Shown here: positions 9,378-19,707 of the stretch, one piece after another | How positions within the stretch are numbered: the first letter of the stretch is position 1 | How the letters are laid out: every line of letters starts with the position of its first letter | DNA from: Coniocarpon cinnabarinum | Lineage: Eukaryota | Assembly: GCA_051942205.1 (NCBI GenBank) | Contig: JAVECO010000041.1 | Span: forward strand, 117,655 to 137,654 | DNA: 20,000 nucleotides | Reading direction: 5' to 3' | Notes under the pieces: model-generated | Seen by the model: only the letters and a program-made list of their open reading frames with translations | Database searches by the model: none | What the model was told of the DNA's origin: nothing | Program-made: the position numbers and the translations under genes

Positions 9378-10361
9378 TCAGCGTTTCGTCTTCTTGAGCT
9401 TTTCGTGCCAGTTACGTTTTGCACTTGGCTTCGCCACGCTAGCACTACTTTCTGCAACAGATTTGTTATCGATCGCAGGTGGCAAAGAGCATATTCGAGA
9501 AATCGTTTCCTTATCGAATCGTTGTTGCCAAGCGACGGGCATTAGATCGAAGACCTGTTCTTGGACTTCGGGTCCCGTCTTCAACCCTCTGCTCTGAGAT
9601 ATGGCACGACTGATTTCAGCGATTACATTCTCCGGTCGGAGGGTCAAACGCTCGTCGGTGCCGGTCGTGTCGAGCGTCGATTTGCATAGTAGAGCTTCAT
9701 ACGCACTAGTTGGATACTTTGCAGCTCCTCTGGAGCCAACGAGAATGTCTTGCAGTGCAAACGGACCAGTGAGATCAACGGAGAGAGTATCGGCATCATG
9801 CAACAGAGTCTTCCACATATGCAAAATGCATGCTGGCGACGGTCGAAAAGATCCATTTGCAACTGAGAATGCGCATAGGTCCTTCCAGGACCGGCTTATC
9901 TCGCCGTCAGAGAAAGGCATTTCAGACATGATGCCAGGCTTGCTCGGACCTGCACACTGTTGAGTAGGGTCACCTCCTTCGTATAAAGGCACAACAGTAG
10001 AGAGCCAGGCGTTGGGACTCGTGCTCTTGTCAGAAGCCGCTTTTGCTTGAAACACTTCTACTGTGCCATTGCACGAAGCAGCGGCCTTCATTGCTGGAGG
10101 AGTCGAGGCGTTTCCATTGTCTTGCACCGGACTCAGTATTGTCAATGAATTGGAGGACTGTACCTGACGGAGATTCCATGTCTTGTCGGCACTGCACAAG
10201 ACCGTCTCGTTCGAGTCATCGTCTCCCGCAGACTTGATCACAAACTCTGTGCTACTGGAAGACAACGACGCGAGAACTTCGGACGGGAGCTCTATCAATT
10301 TCAAAGCTTCCTGTTGGATCGGCTGGACAATGGGAATGGCAGTATTGTCGTTCGAAGCCAT
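9378..10361 (-). CDS. DCC1: Sister chromatid cohesion protein Dcc1 (Ctf18-RFC subunit), 327 aa, intronless
   Basis: N-terminal LKLIELPSEVL..IKS..VLCSADKTWNLRQVQSSNSL signature of Dcc1, central PFSDGEI..W..LCAF..SFRPS and C-terminal KRNWHEKLKKTKR, as recalled for filamentous-fungal Dcc1. Confidence 0.88.
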   Translation of the reverse strand: MASNDNTAIPIVQPIQQEALKLIELPSEVLASLSSSSTEFVIKSAGDDDSNETVLCSADKTWNLRQVQSSNSLTILSPVQDNGNASTPPAMKAAASCNGTVEVFQAKAASDKSTSPNAWLSTVVPLYEGGDPTQQCAGPSKPGIMSEMPFSDGEISRSWKDLCAFSVANGSFRPSPACILHMWKTLLHDADTLSVDLTGPFALQDILVGSRGAAKYPTSAYEALLCKSTLDTTGTDERLTLRPENVIAEISRAISQSRGLKTGPEVQEQVFDLMPVAWQQRFDKETISRICSLPPAIDNKSVAESSASVAKPSAKRNWHEKLKKTKR

Positions 10362-10869
10362 TCAACTTTGCATCCTTAACGTCGATCCCTGAAGCAAAGC
10401 GCAGAGCAAAGACAGGGTGTGGTAGGGAAGAGACTGTAGGGGCAGCCCCGTGGCTTCATGGAGGGAGTGCCCTTGGGATCTCGAATCTAAGTAATCTGTT
10501 GAAAGCTCATGGAGATAATTTACGACACGATTTTAGAAACCATTCCGTGCACACGACGCGTCCTTGGCGTGTCTTCGGCAACTGCCGCGTCCGAGAGCTT
10601 ACCGAAATGGCAAAAGCATAACAAACGCACGGACCTCTTGACGCCTACCCACTCTCTGCAACTTCTCACAGCTGGACCAAGGTACTGGCAGTCCTAGTTA
10701 AACGTCGCTCGCTCCGATACCCTCTCTTCTTCGTTTGACGCGCTGTGCGCTTTTCACACTAACGGCAGCAGACTCGTTCCAGCGACCAGCAAGGGCCACT
10801 GACAAAAGGCGATCGCAATGACGCAGTGACCGGGTCGCATTCCAACAAATCTGCTGAACCAACAACGCA
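10362..10869. promoter_or_regulatory. Divergent promoter region DCC1/BUD3 with MCB-like ACGCG cores
   Basis: 508 bp between the two ATGs. ACGCGT at 10556-10561, CGCGT at 10586-10590 and ACGCG at 10738-10742. Confidence 0.4.
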
Positions 10870-13800
10870 ATGGTCTTCCTCAGCGCATCACCGGACCTGT
10901 CAGTTGAGGCATTGAATCTCTTTCACACCACTGAGCCGTCTCTCGCCAACGCGCCAATACTGGTATTCAAGGGTCCTGCTCCATCAACGGCTGCTTCTGT
11001 TGTCAGCTCTTCACGCATACAAATACACGTTTTCACTGCAGCTGGCTTTCAATCGTATTCGCGCATCGCAATTTCACCGAATTCCCCATTGTACAACGCT
11101 GTGAACCGATTATCGCGCGAAGACCAAGGTGACGAGGTCTGTCGCGAGCTGGCGTACGGAATCTTTAAATACTTCTCAGAGCTTTCGCAAGACGTGAAAG
11201 ATGCGTGGAAGACCCTCCAGATCTGTGCAAGAGAGCCGGGAGCTACCACATATCTGTTCACGGAGCAGCATGCAGCAGATTTGGCCAGTCGCATGCAACC
11301 GGTGGAAGATGTGAAACCGGTAATAGAGGACGTGAAGATTGCTTTGGCCTCGAAGAGTATCTCATATCAAGACGCGGACATTATATTGCCAAGCGGCGCG
11401 ATCCAACAGTCCAATGACCGCGGCGCATTGTGTGCCCATGATAATGATCCAGCATCATATGGAAAATATGCAGAGCTGATTAGACTTTTGGGTGAGCAGG
11501 CATTCGTTCCCACGTCAAAGATTCGAAGAGCTCCGTCTCGCCCAACCGCTCGTAACAACAACCTCAAGTACACCACAGCGCAAAAGGAAGCTTTGAGGCG
11601 GGAGATGTGCGAACTGGTTGATACCGAAGAGAGCTATGTTGAAAAGCTTGACGATTTTGTACGCGGGCTCGTTGCCGACGTGAGGGGAGCTGTTGGCCAA
11701 AAGCCTAGCAATAGTGACGATTCCGACGCTCGAACTGCGAGGTTGCTCTTTCCGACGAGCCTCGACAAGGTTTTGGAGGTCAACACTTCCTTCATGCACG
11801 CTGTGCGCAATCTTTTCGATGAGACAGAGGCTGCAGCAATCGAGGATATCGGGCAAGCTCAACCAAATGGCATCAACAAGTCGGGGAATCCATCACAAGA
11901 TCCGATCGGCGTTGTTGCCTTTGCGAGATGCATACTCGAGCACCTGTCTGGCTTTCAGAGTGCGTATCCAGCTTATATCGCGGCTCACCAAAACATGGCG
12001 CAAACCTTGAGATACGTGATGCAGCAAGATGAATCCAATTTATCGAGGCATCTTTGCGGCTTTGGCGAGAAGAAATTAAACTCTCTGCTCATCGAGCCTG
12101 TGCAAAGGCTTCCACGATACAGCTTGTATATTGAAAACATGACAAAACAGCTTCCCACTCAACATCCAGCTCTTGCGCAGCTTCTGAAAGCCAAGGATGC
12201 AATTGCAGAAATGTGTGCAAGTGATGTATCGACCCCGAATCATTCACAGACGGTAACAGGCCTCAAATCACGGATCGAGGGATGGCCGAGCACATTAAAC
12301 CCCCGTGGCCGTCTTGTCACCGCAATTGATGCTGTTGAGTTACAGCCTCCCTACAACCCAAATGATCAATCGCAGGATCTCACTTGCCTTGTCATTCTTC
12401 TATTCTCAGACGTGCTTGTGTATCTCCAAAAGCCCTCTGCAAGCACGATAACTGGACGAAGTCTGCTTGTCGGCCTTGAAAATCCGACACAGCGGGCTGA
12501 CAGCAACCCGTTCGATGATCAGGACTGGCCGCTTGAATTTGAAAGATCATTCGCTCTGCATGAGCTGCGCGTGACTGAAATGCAAGATGGACAGGTGATT
12601 CAAGTTGCCTCACGCTGGCCAACAGGCCAAGCACATTCTGCACCAAGCGGGAAGACTTTTCGAGCAATCTATTTACTTGGACCTTATGAGAATCGTGCTT
12701 CAAAGTTCACCAAAGAGTTTGTGAAGGCTCGCATCGAGGGGCGTTTCAGTGAACAAGAACGTGAAACACCCAAATGGCAAGCAAGAGATCTAGAGGGTAG
12801 TGACAAGCGACTCGGTCTTTTCACAGCGATTTTCGAAGAGCGACAGAATCCTCAAGCTATGTCCAGTGCAACCTCCGCTGTTACCAAAATCGTCCTTGAT
12901 CCAGAAAAGCACCGATCAAGGTATGCACCCTCCATCGAAGGTGCCGACACGATAGCATCTTTAACAGTTGCTGGCAATGGGTTTTTCCGAATCGAGATCG
13001 ACTCAATACTTTCGGACAGAACGAAAGATTTTGTTACAGGTAGCGAGTTCGTCGCGGTGCTGACGAAGCGATGTGAGTTTGTCTTAAAGGTGTGTCTATG
13101 TATGATACTGACTTACGATAGTGACAAGCTTGGCTCAAATGAGAGGCTCCATGCGTAACCCGGCATTGACAAGATACCTTCTGCAGCACTATGATGCTAT
13201 CCTTAGAGCTATACAATTGCCCAGCGAACGGCTATCACGCAGCCGCAGCAGAACCAAAACACTGCGACAGCACTCTCCAGTCAAGGCAATTGCAAACCTC
13301 TTTGGTGGCTCGAGCAAGCAGTCACATGAACAGCCATCCCATCATGCACCGTCCAAGAGCGCTTCAAGCATCTCTTCCCGACCACATCTTGGGCCAAAGT
13401 CGCGGTCGGAATCTAAGATGGACCTCAAGCTTGAACCATTCACTACAACTTCATCGACAACTGCGACGATTGTCACCAACGAAACCGGCACGAGCAATAT
13501 TGATATGATGGCAAATCTCGATGCTGGTCTTGAAACTTGTGTCCTTGCTCTGAGAGCGAGGAAGGGCAATATCATTGGTCGTGTGATCACAAATCGTTCC
13601 GGAGCAAACGAGACGACAGTTGATCAGATATATAAGTCACTCCTCGAGCGGCCAGAAGATCACGAACCGACATCGCAGGCCCCTGTTGATGCCCTCTTTG
13701 CAGCTTTTGAAAGATTTTTGAAAGAGGCATGGGCCGAAAAGCTGGGACCGGTGCTTGACGGTAGCGTTCTGAAGGAGCTGCAAGCAAAATCCGAAATGCT

Positions 13801-15412
13801 ACCGCCCGTCGATTTTGAAGACTTTCTCACTACGAAAATTGATGACATGATCCCACAGAACCGAAGAGCTCTCCGAGGTATCATCGGGCTACTCATTGAC
13901 CTTCTTGATGGCACTGGCAACGACGGAGATCGAGGCGCTCTTATGGCAACCATTACCGAGATGATGGTCTGCGAGGGCAATCCACATGACTACATGCCCT
14001 TGTTCGACCGTCTGGTCGAAGAACATGACGTTATTCTTAGCGAGACGTATCATTCCACAACTCCTAAATATGGCTCTACTGCGACTCGCTCTGCTCATAC
14101 TGGGTCCTTTAGCTCAAAGGCGTCATCGCTGGGCAGGCGACTCGGATTCGGTACACTGAGTCGCAAGAATAGCAGGCCTGATGCACTGAACGCAGCTCTA
14201 ACTGCCCAAAATGATCCACGGGCGCTTCTGGGCCGCACGAAGTCGTTCGACTGGAACAAGGTGTCCTCACCATTGAGCAGACCAGGCTCCAGAGATCGTC
14301 CGCCAACTGGTAGCAGTGAGTCCAGACCCGGCACCGGCAAGTTAATCGACCAAGAAGAGCCCATCAACAATTTCAAGATTGGCATCAAGGAAGCAAATCC
14401 ACGCAAGAAGAGGCGCAGCTCCTTGTCTGACATCGAGGGTTTGCCATCAGTCAATACATCGCCATTCTGGAACTCGCCGAGTCCAAGACGGCCTGAAGCC
14501 AGTCCTTTAACAAACAAGGCCGGACTCAGATTAGGCCATCAACAAACACCCTCAATGCTCTCTCGCCCTCGCCCACGCCTCAACATTTCCAATTCCCCTC
14601 CTGTCATCCCTCCGCAAACTTCACAGTCACCTTTCCTTGGCCGTGCTGCTCAATCAGGATCAGCGACGGTCTCACCATCCGCCAGTCCGGCACGCGCAAA
14701 CGCCGTGAAACACCGCATGACGACTCCAAAGAAGGAAAACGAAACGCCGAGACTCGCTGCCAATAGAACTCCCTCGCCGTCACCTGCCAACACACTCAAT
14801 CGTGCTCAGTCGTCGCCTGTACGGAATCCACGACAATCCTCAAACCTACCACCGCCTCGTGCTCCTCTTTCAGAGCGTCCAGGCTCGGGAAATACCCCAC
14901 CACCTCTGTTCAGCAACTCTGGCACAAGACCCGCTTCCAGTAAAGAGTCGTCACCCTCTAAACTTCGCACGCCCTCGCCTTCACCTAGCAAGTCTCTGAA
15001 CCCACGTCCACGTGCTTCGACCACACAAATTGGCCGTGACTCCCTTCCCAAAGCAGGCCTCAACGATCGTCTAGCAGAGAACCAATCTGCCATTGCAAAT
15101 GCGGAAGCAGACCTCATGGCTGAACTTGAGAAAATCGGCCAGGAATTGAAGACTGCTCCTTCGACGCCAAGTCGAATGGCTTCGCGGCGTGAGACGAGTC
15201 TAAATCGGCATGGCTCCCGGCTTGGTCCTGCGGGTTTGAACGCGCGGAATGATCAGTTAGAAGCGAGGCTCAAGGCGCTGGAGCTCAACGTGCCGAAGAT
15301 GTTTCAAGGGCTGACCGAGCAGACGAAAGCGCTGGAAGCGGAAGTCAAGGAAGAACTTGCGGGCAAGGATCGCCGTATTGAAGAATTGGAGGTTGCGCTT
15401 GGGATTCGCTAG
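10870..15412 (+). CDS. BUD3: Bud3-like RhoGEF (DH-PH), septation/bud-site landmark, ~1497 aa. Exons 10870-13072, 13122-15412
   Basis: DH-domain motifs EMCELVDTEESYVEKL and SLLIEPVQRLPRYSLYIENM. Bud3-type N-terminus SSRIQIHVFTAAGFQSYSRIAISPNSPLYNAV..QGDEVCRELA. A 49-bp intron 13073-13121 (GTGAGT..ACTGAC..GATAG) fuses the 762- and 763-aa ORFs. Ser/Pro-rich tail and C-terminal coiled coil. Confidence 0.88.
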
Positions 15413-15634
15413 GCTTTTTGATATATGTTAGGTGTACGATATTGATAGCGTCTTGTGGATTGTAAACATCCTGATGAGAGACGCGTGAACGAGCGACGAA
15501 TGACCTCTTTGACGTCGACTATCTGTGTTTCGATTCTTGTATTTGTTTTGTCTAGACATAACGTACACGCTACGTGATTATTGGTACAGTTTCACCAAAG
15601 ATTTTCGAGACCTTCCTCAAAGGCCATGTCCACC

Positions 15635-17507
15635 TCAATGGTAGTCCTCCTCCCCACCGCGCTGCTCCGGATCCAGCTTTATCATGGTGTCAATCCGCAT
15701 GATCGCCACACAAGCCTCAACTGCACTCTTCAGTTGTCGCACTTTCGACATGCTCGGTTCCAGACACCCCATCTTGACAGCGTCCACGGTCTCACCTCTT
15801 GACAGATCTAAGCCGTAATTGCGATAATTCCGCTTATGCGCCAGGGTCTTCGCGTCTTCACTGGTGTTTCCGCCGCGCGAGCTCGGGCGCGCCGTCGCGG
15901 GCGACGACACCTTCGCCGGAGAGCGATTGCCGCTATCGGCGGATGCGCCGTTCGAGAGTTGACCGTGCTGGGAGGAGTTCGGACCACTGCCGTGCAGTTT
16001 CTGTGCCGTGGCGTGCTTGCTCCGGAGCTTCGCGACGAGCTCAGTCGCGTCTAATGCGGCGTTTGTGGCGAGCGTGCGGGGAACCACGAGGAGGGCTTGC
16101 GCAAAGGCACCGACGGCGAGCTGTTCGCGGGAGACGACCGTAGTTGCTAGTTCTTCGAGGTAGATGTGCAATGCAGTTTCGACGGCGCCGGCGCCAGGAA
16201 CGAGACGGTTGGACTCGAGGACGCGTTTGACTGCTGACAAAGAGTCGTGGATTGAGCGCTCTTGTTCGTCGAGGGAGTAGTCGTTTGGACCGCGGAGGAT
16301 GATGGAGGCGGCAGAATGGGCCTTGGGGTTACGAAGAACGATGCACTCGTCGTCAGAGATGCGCTCTTGAGCCACTTCCTCAGCGTGTCCCAGATTCGAA
16401 GCAGGGAAACTCTCGTCGCCGTTTAAATCGCTGAGAGTCGACACGAGCGTTGCGCCTGTCGCTTTGGCAATCCGACGGAGATCCTCCTTGCGACAGCGGC
16501 GCACGGCCATGGCACCTTTCTCGACGAACAGCTTCAGCACCATGTCGTCGATGCCCTTTGTAGTCATAACGACGTTGGCGCCTGATTTCAAAATCATATC
16601 GACACGCTCGAGGACGATGCCCGATTCGCGTTCGCGGATTTTCTCGAGCTGCGAGGGATCGTCGACTGTAATCTGCACGCCCATTTTCATGCGCTCTTTC
16701 TGGAGGTTCATGTCGAGGACAGCGACTTTGGCGTCGCGGATGCGTGTAGGCATCGCTTGTGAAGCGACCGTGCAGTTGAGCGCGTAGCCCTTGATGAGCT
16801 GGGATTCCGTGGCGGACTTGCCGTGAGCTTTGAGGACGTTGACGGCTTTGACGGGGTATTTGGTCTCGTTACGGGGCGTCGTTGTTTTCACCGCGAGCAT
16901 TGCGTCCACCGCCATGCCGGCGAAGAAATCAGAATCAGACCCGATCAGCTTGGAGGACATGGAGGTTTTGGCTACAGCGATGAGGGCGTCTCGTGGAAGT
17001 TGAGTGGTATGTGTGCTGATATTGTCGTTCATGTAGCGGACTGCTTCGCGCAAGGCTAGTCTGTAGCCCGAGATGATGGTCGTGGGATGGATGCGCGTCT
17101 TCATGAGCTCATTGCCGCGTCTGAGGAGCTCTGCGGCGATCAAAACGACGGATGTGGTGCCGTCGCCGACTTCGCGGTCCTGTTGCTGAGCTAGATCCAC
17201 CAGGATTTTGCCGGCTGGGTCGTTCACGTCCAGTAGTGACAAAATCGTGGCGCCGTCGTTCGTGACGGTCACGTCGCCTATGTCGTCGACCATCATTTTG
17301 TCAAGGCCGCTGGGCCCAAAGGATGTTTTGACCACATTTGCGATGGCCTGTGTTGCGAGCACATTTGAGTCGCGGACGTCTGGGCCTGTCGTCTTCTGGC
17401 CACCGAGAACTGTGATATTAGTCAGATCGTTTTGTAATTCATCGTGCTCTCGCTAGTAGCTCACATAGTGTGCCCGCGTTTCGCGGTTGTTCAAAGATTC
17501 CTGCCAT
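15635..17507 (-). CDS. TCP1: T-complex protein 1 subunit alpha (CCT1/TRiC), 605 aa. Exons 17507-17465, 17409-15635
   Basis: MAGIFEQPRNAGTLFLGGQK N-terminus after removing the 55-bp intron 17464-17410 (GTGAGC..ACTAAT..CACAG). Chaperonin motifs SFGPSGLDKMMVDDIGDVTVTNDGATIL, EVGDGTTSVV and VPGAGAVE, plus alpha-type KGYALNCTVASQAM and NYGLDL. Confidence 0.97.
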
Positions 17508-17786
17508 GGCTAAAGAGCTTCAGATCTAGGCCGCGGCCTTGTGGACGAGCTTGAAGGGCCTGCAGCCTGCGTAGCGCACAATGGACAGCCTTTTGAACTG
17601 GTATCGCGGCTTTTAAGCTTGTATAGCTTGCGGATGTAGTGGGAGTAGTTGGCAAAATGTTGTGATGATTAGTGAAGGGTGGAAAGGTGATCCAAAAAAC
17701 CAGACGCGGAGCTCGTGTCGATCAATGGATTTTCACAAGCTCCCTTGCAGCCACCACCACACCACCACGTGCGACAGCCTCCCAAC

Positions 17787-17793
17787 TGACTCA
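17787..17793 (+). promoter_or_regulatory. TGACTCA Gcn4/CpcA (cross-pathway control) consensus upstream of ProRS
   Basis: Perfect TGACTCA ~125 bp upstream of the ProRS ATG. Aminoacyl-tRNA synthetase genes are known Gcn4/Cpc1 targets in fungi. Confidence 0.45.
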
Positions 17794-17917
17794 CTGTGCG
17801 CAACCTGCTAAGTACTTGCTTCCGTGTCTCTATATCAGTAGTAATGCTGTAGTTCCGCCAATTTTGCAACTAATATCCGCGTAGCAGGCCCACATCAGCG
17901 TGAGGTGCGCGCCCACA

Positions 17918-19707
17918 ATGGCCTCCAATGCGACAGAGCTGGCGGACCGCCAGAAAGCCGCGGGACAGGAGGCCGACATGACACAGGTCGCAGCAAATGA
18001 GCAAGCGGGCAAAAAGCAGAAAGACAAGAAGCCTCCTAAGGAAAAGAAATCGCAAGGCCAGGGCAAGAAGAAGGATGCTGGTGGCCAGGACATGGACACC
18101 AAGGGCATCACCACGAAGAAGGACGACGATCTGGCGGCATGGTATCAGGAGGTGCTGCTCAAAGGTGATTTTTTAGAATATTCAGACATTCCTGGTTGCT
18201 ACATCCTGAACGTATGTTGGACGTCCTTGCCATACTATGGCGCGCATGACTCCCCTCCGACGAACGACCTGCTAACACTCAACTGCTGCCATAGCCACCC
18301 TCCTACGCCATCTGGGAATCAATTCAAGCCTTCCTCAACGCCCGCTTCCGCAAAATGGGCGTCCGCAACTGCTACTTCCCCCTCTTCATCTCCGAGGCGA
18401 ACCTCCAACGCGAAAAGGACCACCTCGAGGGCTTCGAGGCCGAGGTCGCCTGGGTCACCCACGGCGGCAAGGACAAGCTGCCTAGTCGACTCGCCGTCCG
18501 TCCCACTTCTGAAACAGCCATGTATCCACACTACGCGAAGAAGATTCGCTCACATCGAGACCTCCCACTGCGACTGAACCAGTGGAACAACGTCGTGCGG
18601 TGGGAGTTTAAACATGCGATGCCGTTTTTGCGGTCGCGAGAGTTCCTTTGGCAGGAGGGCCATACGGCGCATTTGACGGAGGAATCGGCGAGCAAGGAAG
18701 TCTATGAGATTCTAGACCATTACGCATCTGTGTATGAAGATCTGCTGGCGGTCCCAGTCGTCAAGGGCACCAAGACCGATAACGAGAAGTTCGCTGGCGC
18801 TTACTACACCACCACGGTTGAAGGCTTCATCCCGTCCACAGGTCGCGGCATCCAGGCGGCTACCTCTCATTGTCTGGGTCAGCATTTCAGCAAAATGTTC
18901 GGCATCACCGTCGAGGACCCGTCCGCTAAGGAAGGCGAGAAGAAACCCCCAATCCACGTATGGCAGAACTCCTGGGGCTTCACGACCCGCACAATCGGCG
19001 TCATGATCCTCGTGCACTCCGACGACAAAGGTCTCGTACTCCCTCCACGCGCCGCCGAGCTTCAAGTCGTCATCGTGCCCGTTGGCCTCACTGCCAAAAC
19101 CTCCGCCGAGGTCCGCGAAAAGCTAAACAAGGAGACGGATGCCATCCGCGCTGTCCTCGAAGCCGTGGACGTTCGCGCCCACGTCGACCACCGTGACTAC
19201 TCTCCCGGCTGGAAATTCAACGACTGGGAATTGAAAGGCGTGCCGTTGCGTCTCGAATTCGGACCAAAGGACAGCCAAAACGACGTCGTGACGTGCTCTC
19301 GCCGCGATCAAGATGGCAAAACTACAATCCCTATCTTCAGCATTGAACAGGACGTCCCCGCACTCCTTGAGACCATCCAAAGCGATTTGTATACCAAAGC
19401 CAAGGCCGCATACGACAGCCACCGAAAAGTGATCACAAAATGGGACGACTTCGTCCCGAGTCTTAACGGCAAAAACGTGAATATCATCCCACATTGCCTC
19501 GGCGATAAATGCGAAGACGAGGTCAAGGAATTGAGCAAGCGGACCAGCGTGGGTGATGATACTACTGAGGATGCGCGAGCACCCAGTATGGGCGCAAAGA
19601 GCCTGTGTATTCCCTTTGAGCAGCCGGAAAATCTGCCAGAAACCTGTTTGCGGCCGAATTGTGGCGAAAAGGCGCGGAAATGGGTGATGTTTGGACGCAG
19701 TTATTAG
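17918..19707 (+). CDS. Cytosolic (eukaryote/archaeal-type) prolyl-tRNA synthetase, 568 aa. Exons 17918-18211, 18295-19707
   Basis: GITTKKDDDLAAWYQEVL..EYSDIPGCYILN|PPSYAIWE across the 83-bp intron 18212-18294 (GTATGT..GCTAAC..CATAG). Class IIa motifs LAVRPTSETAMY, FLRSREFLWQEGHTAH and QNSWGFTTRTIG, anticodon domain GWKFNDWELKGVPLRLEFGPKD, and the hallmark C-terminus FGRSY. Confidence 0.97.

Noticed and set aside
13073..13158. Apparent frameshift or two separate genes in the RhoGEF (overlapping 762- and 763-aa ORFs)
   Set aside because: Fully explained by a canonical 49-bp intron, so it is neither a pseudogene nor a programmed frameshift.
17752..17768. (CAC)n-like run, and the short GAGGTGCTTGAG duplication near 2461-2487
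   Set aside because: Very short low-complexity repeats (the latter encodes QAPPPQAP in Scc2), not a satellite, array or mobile element.
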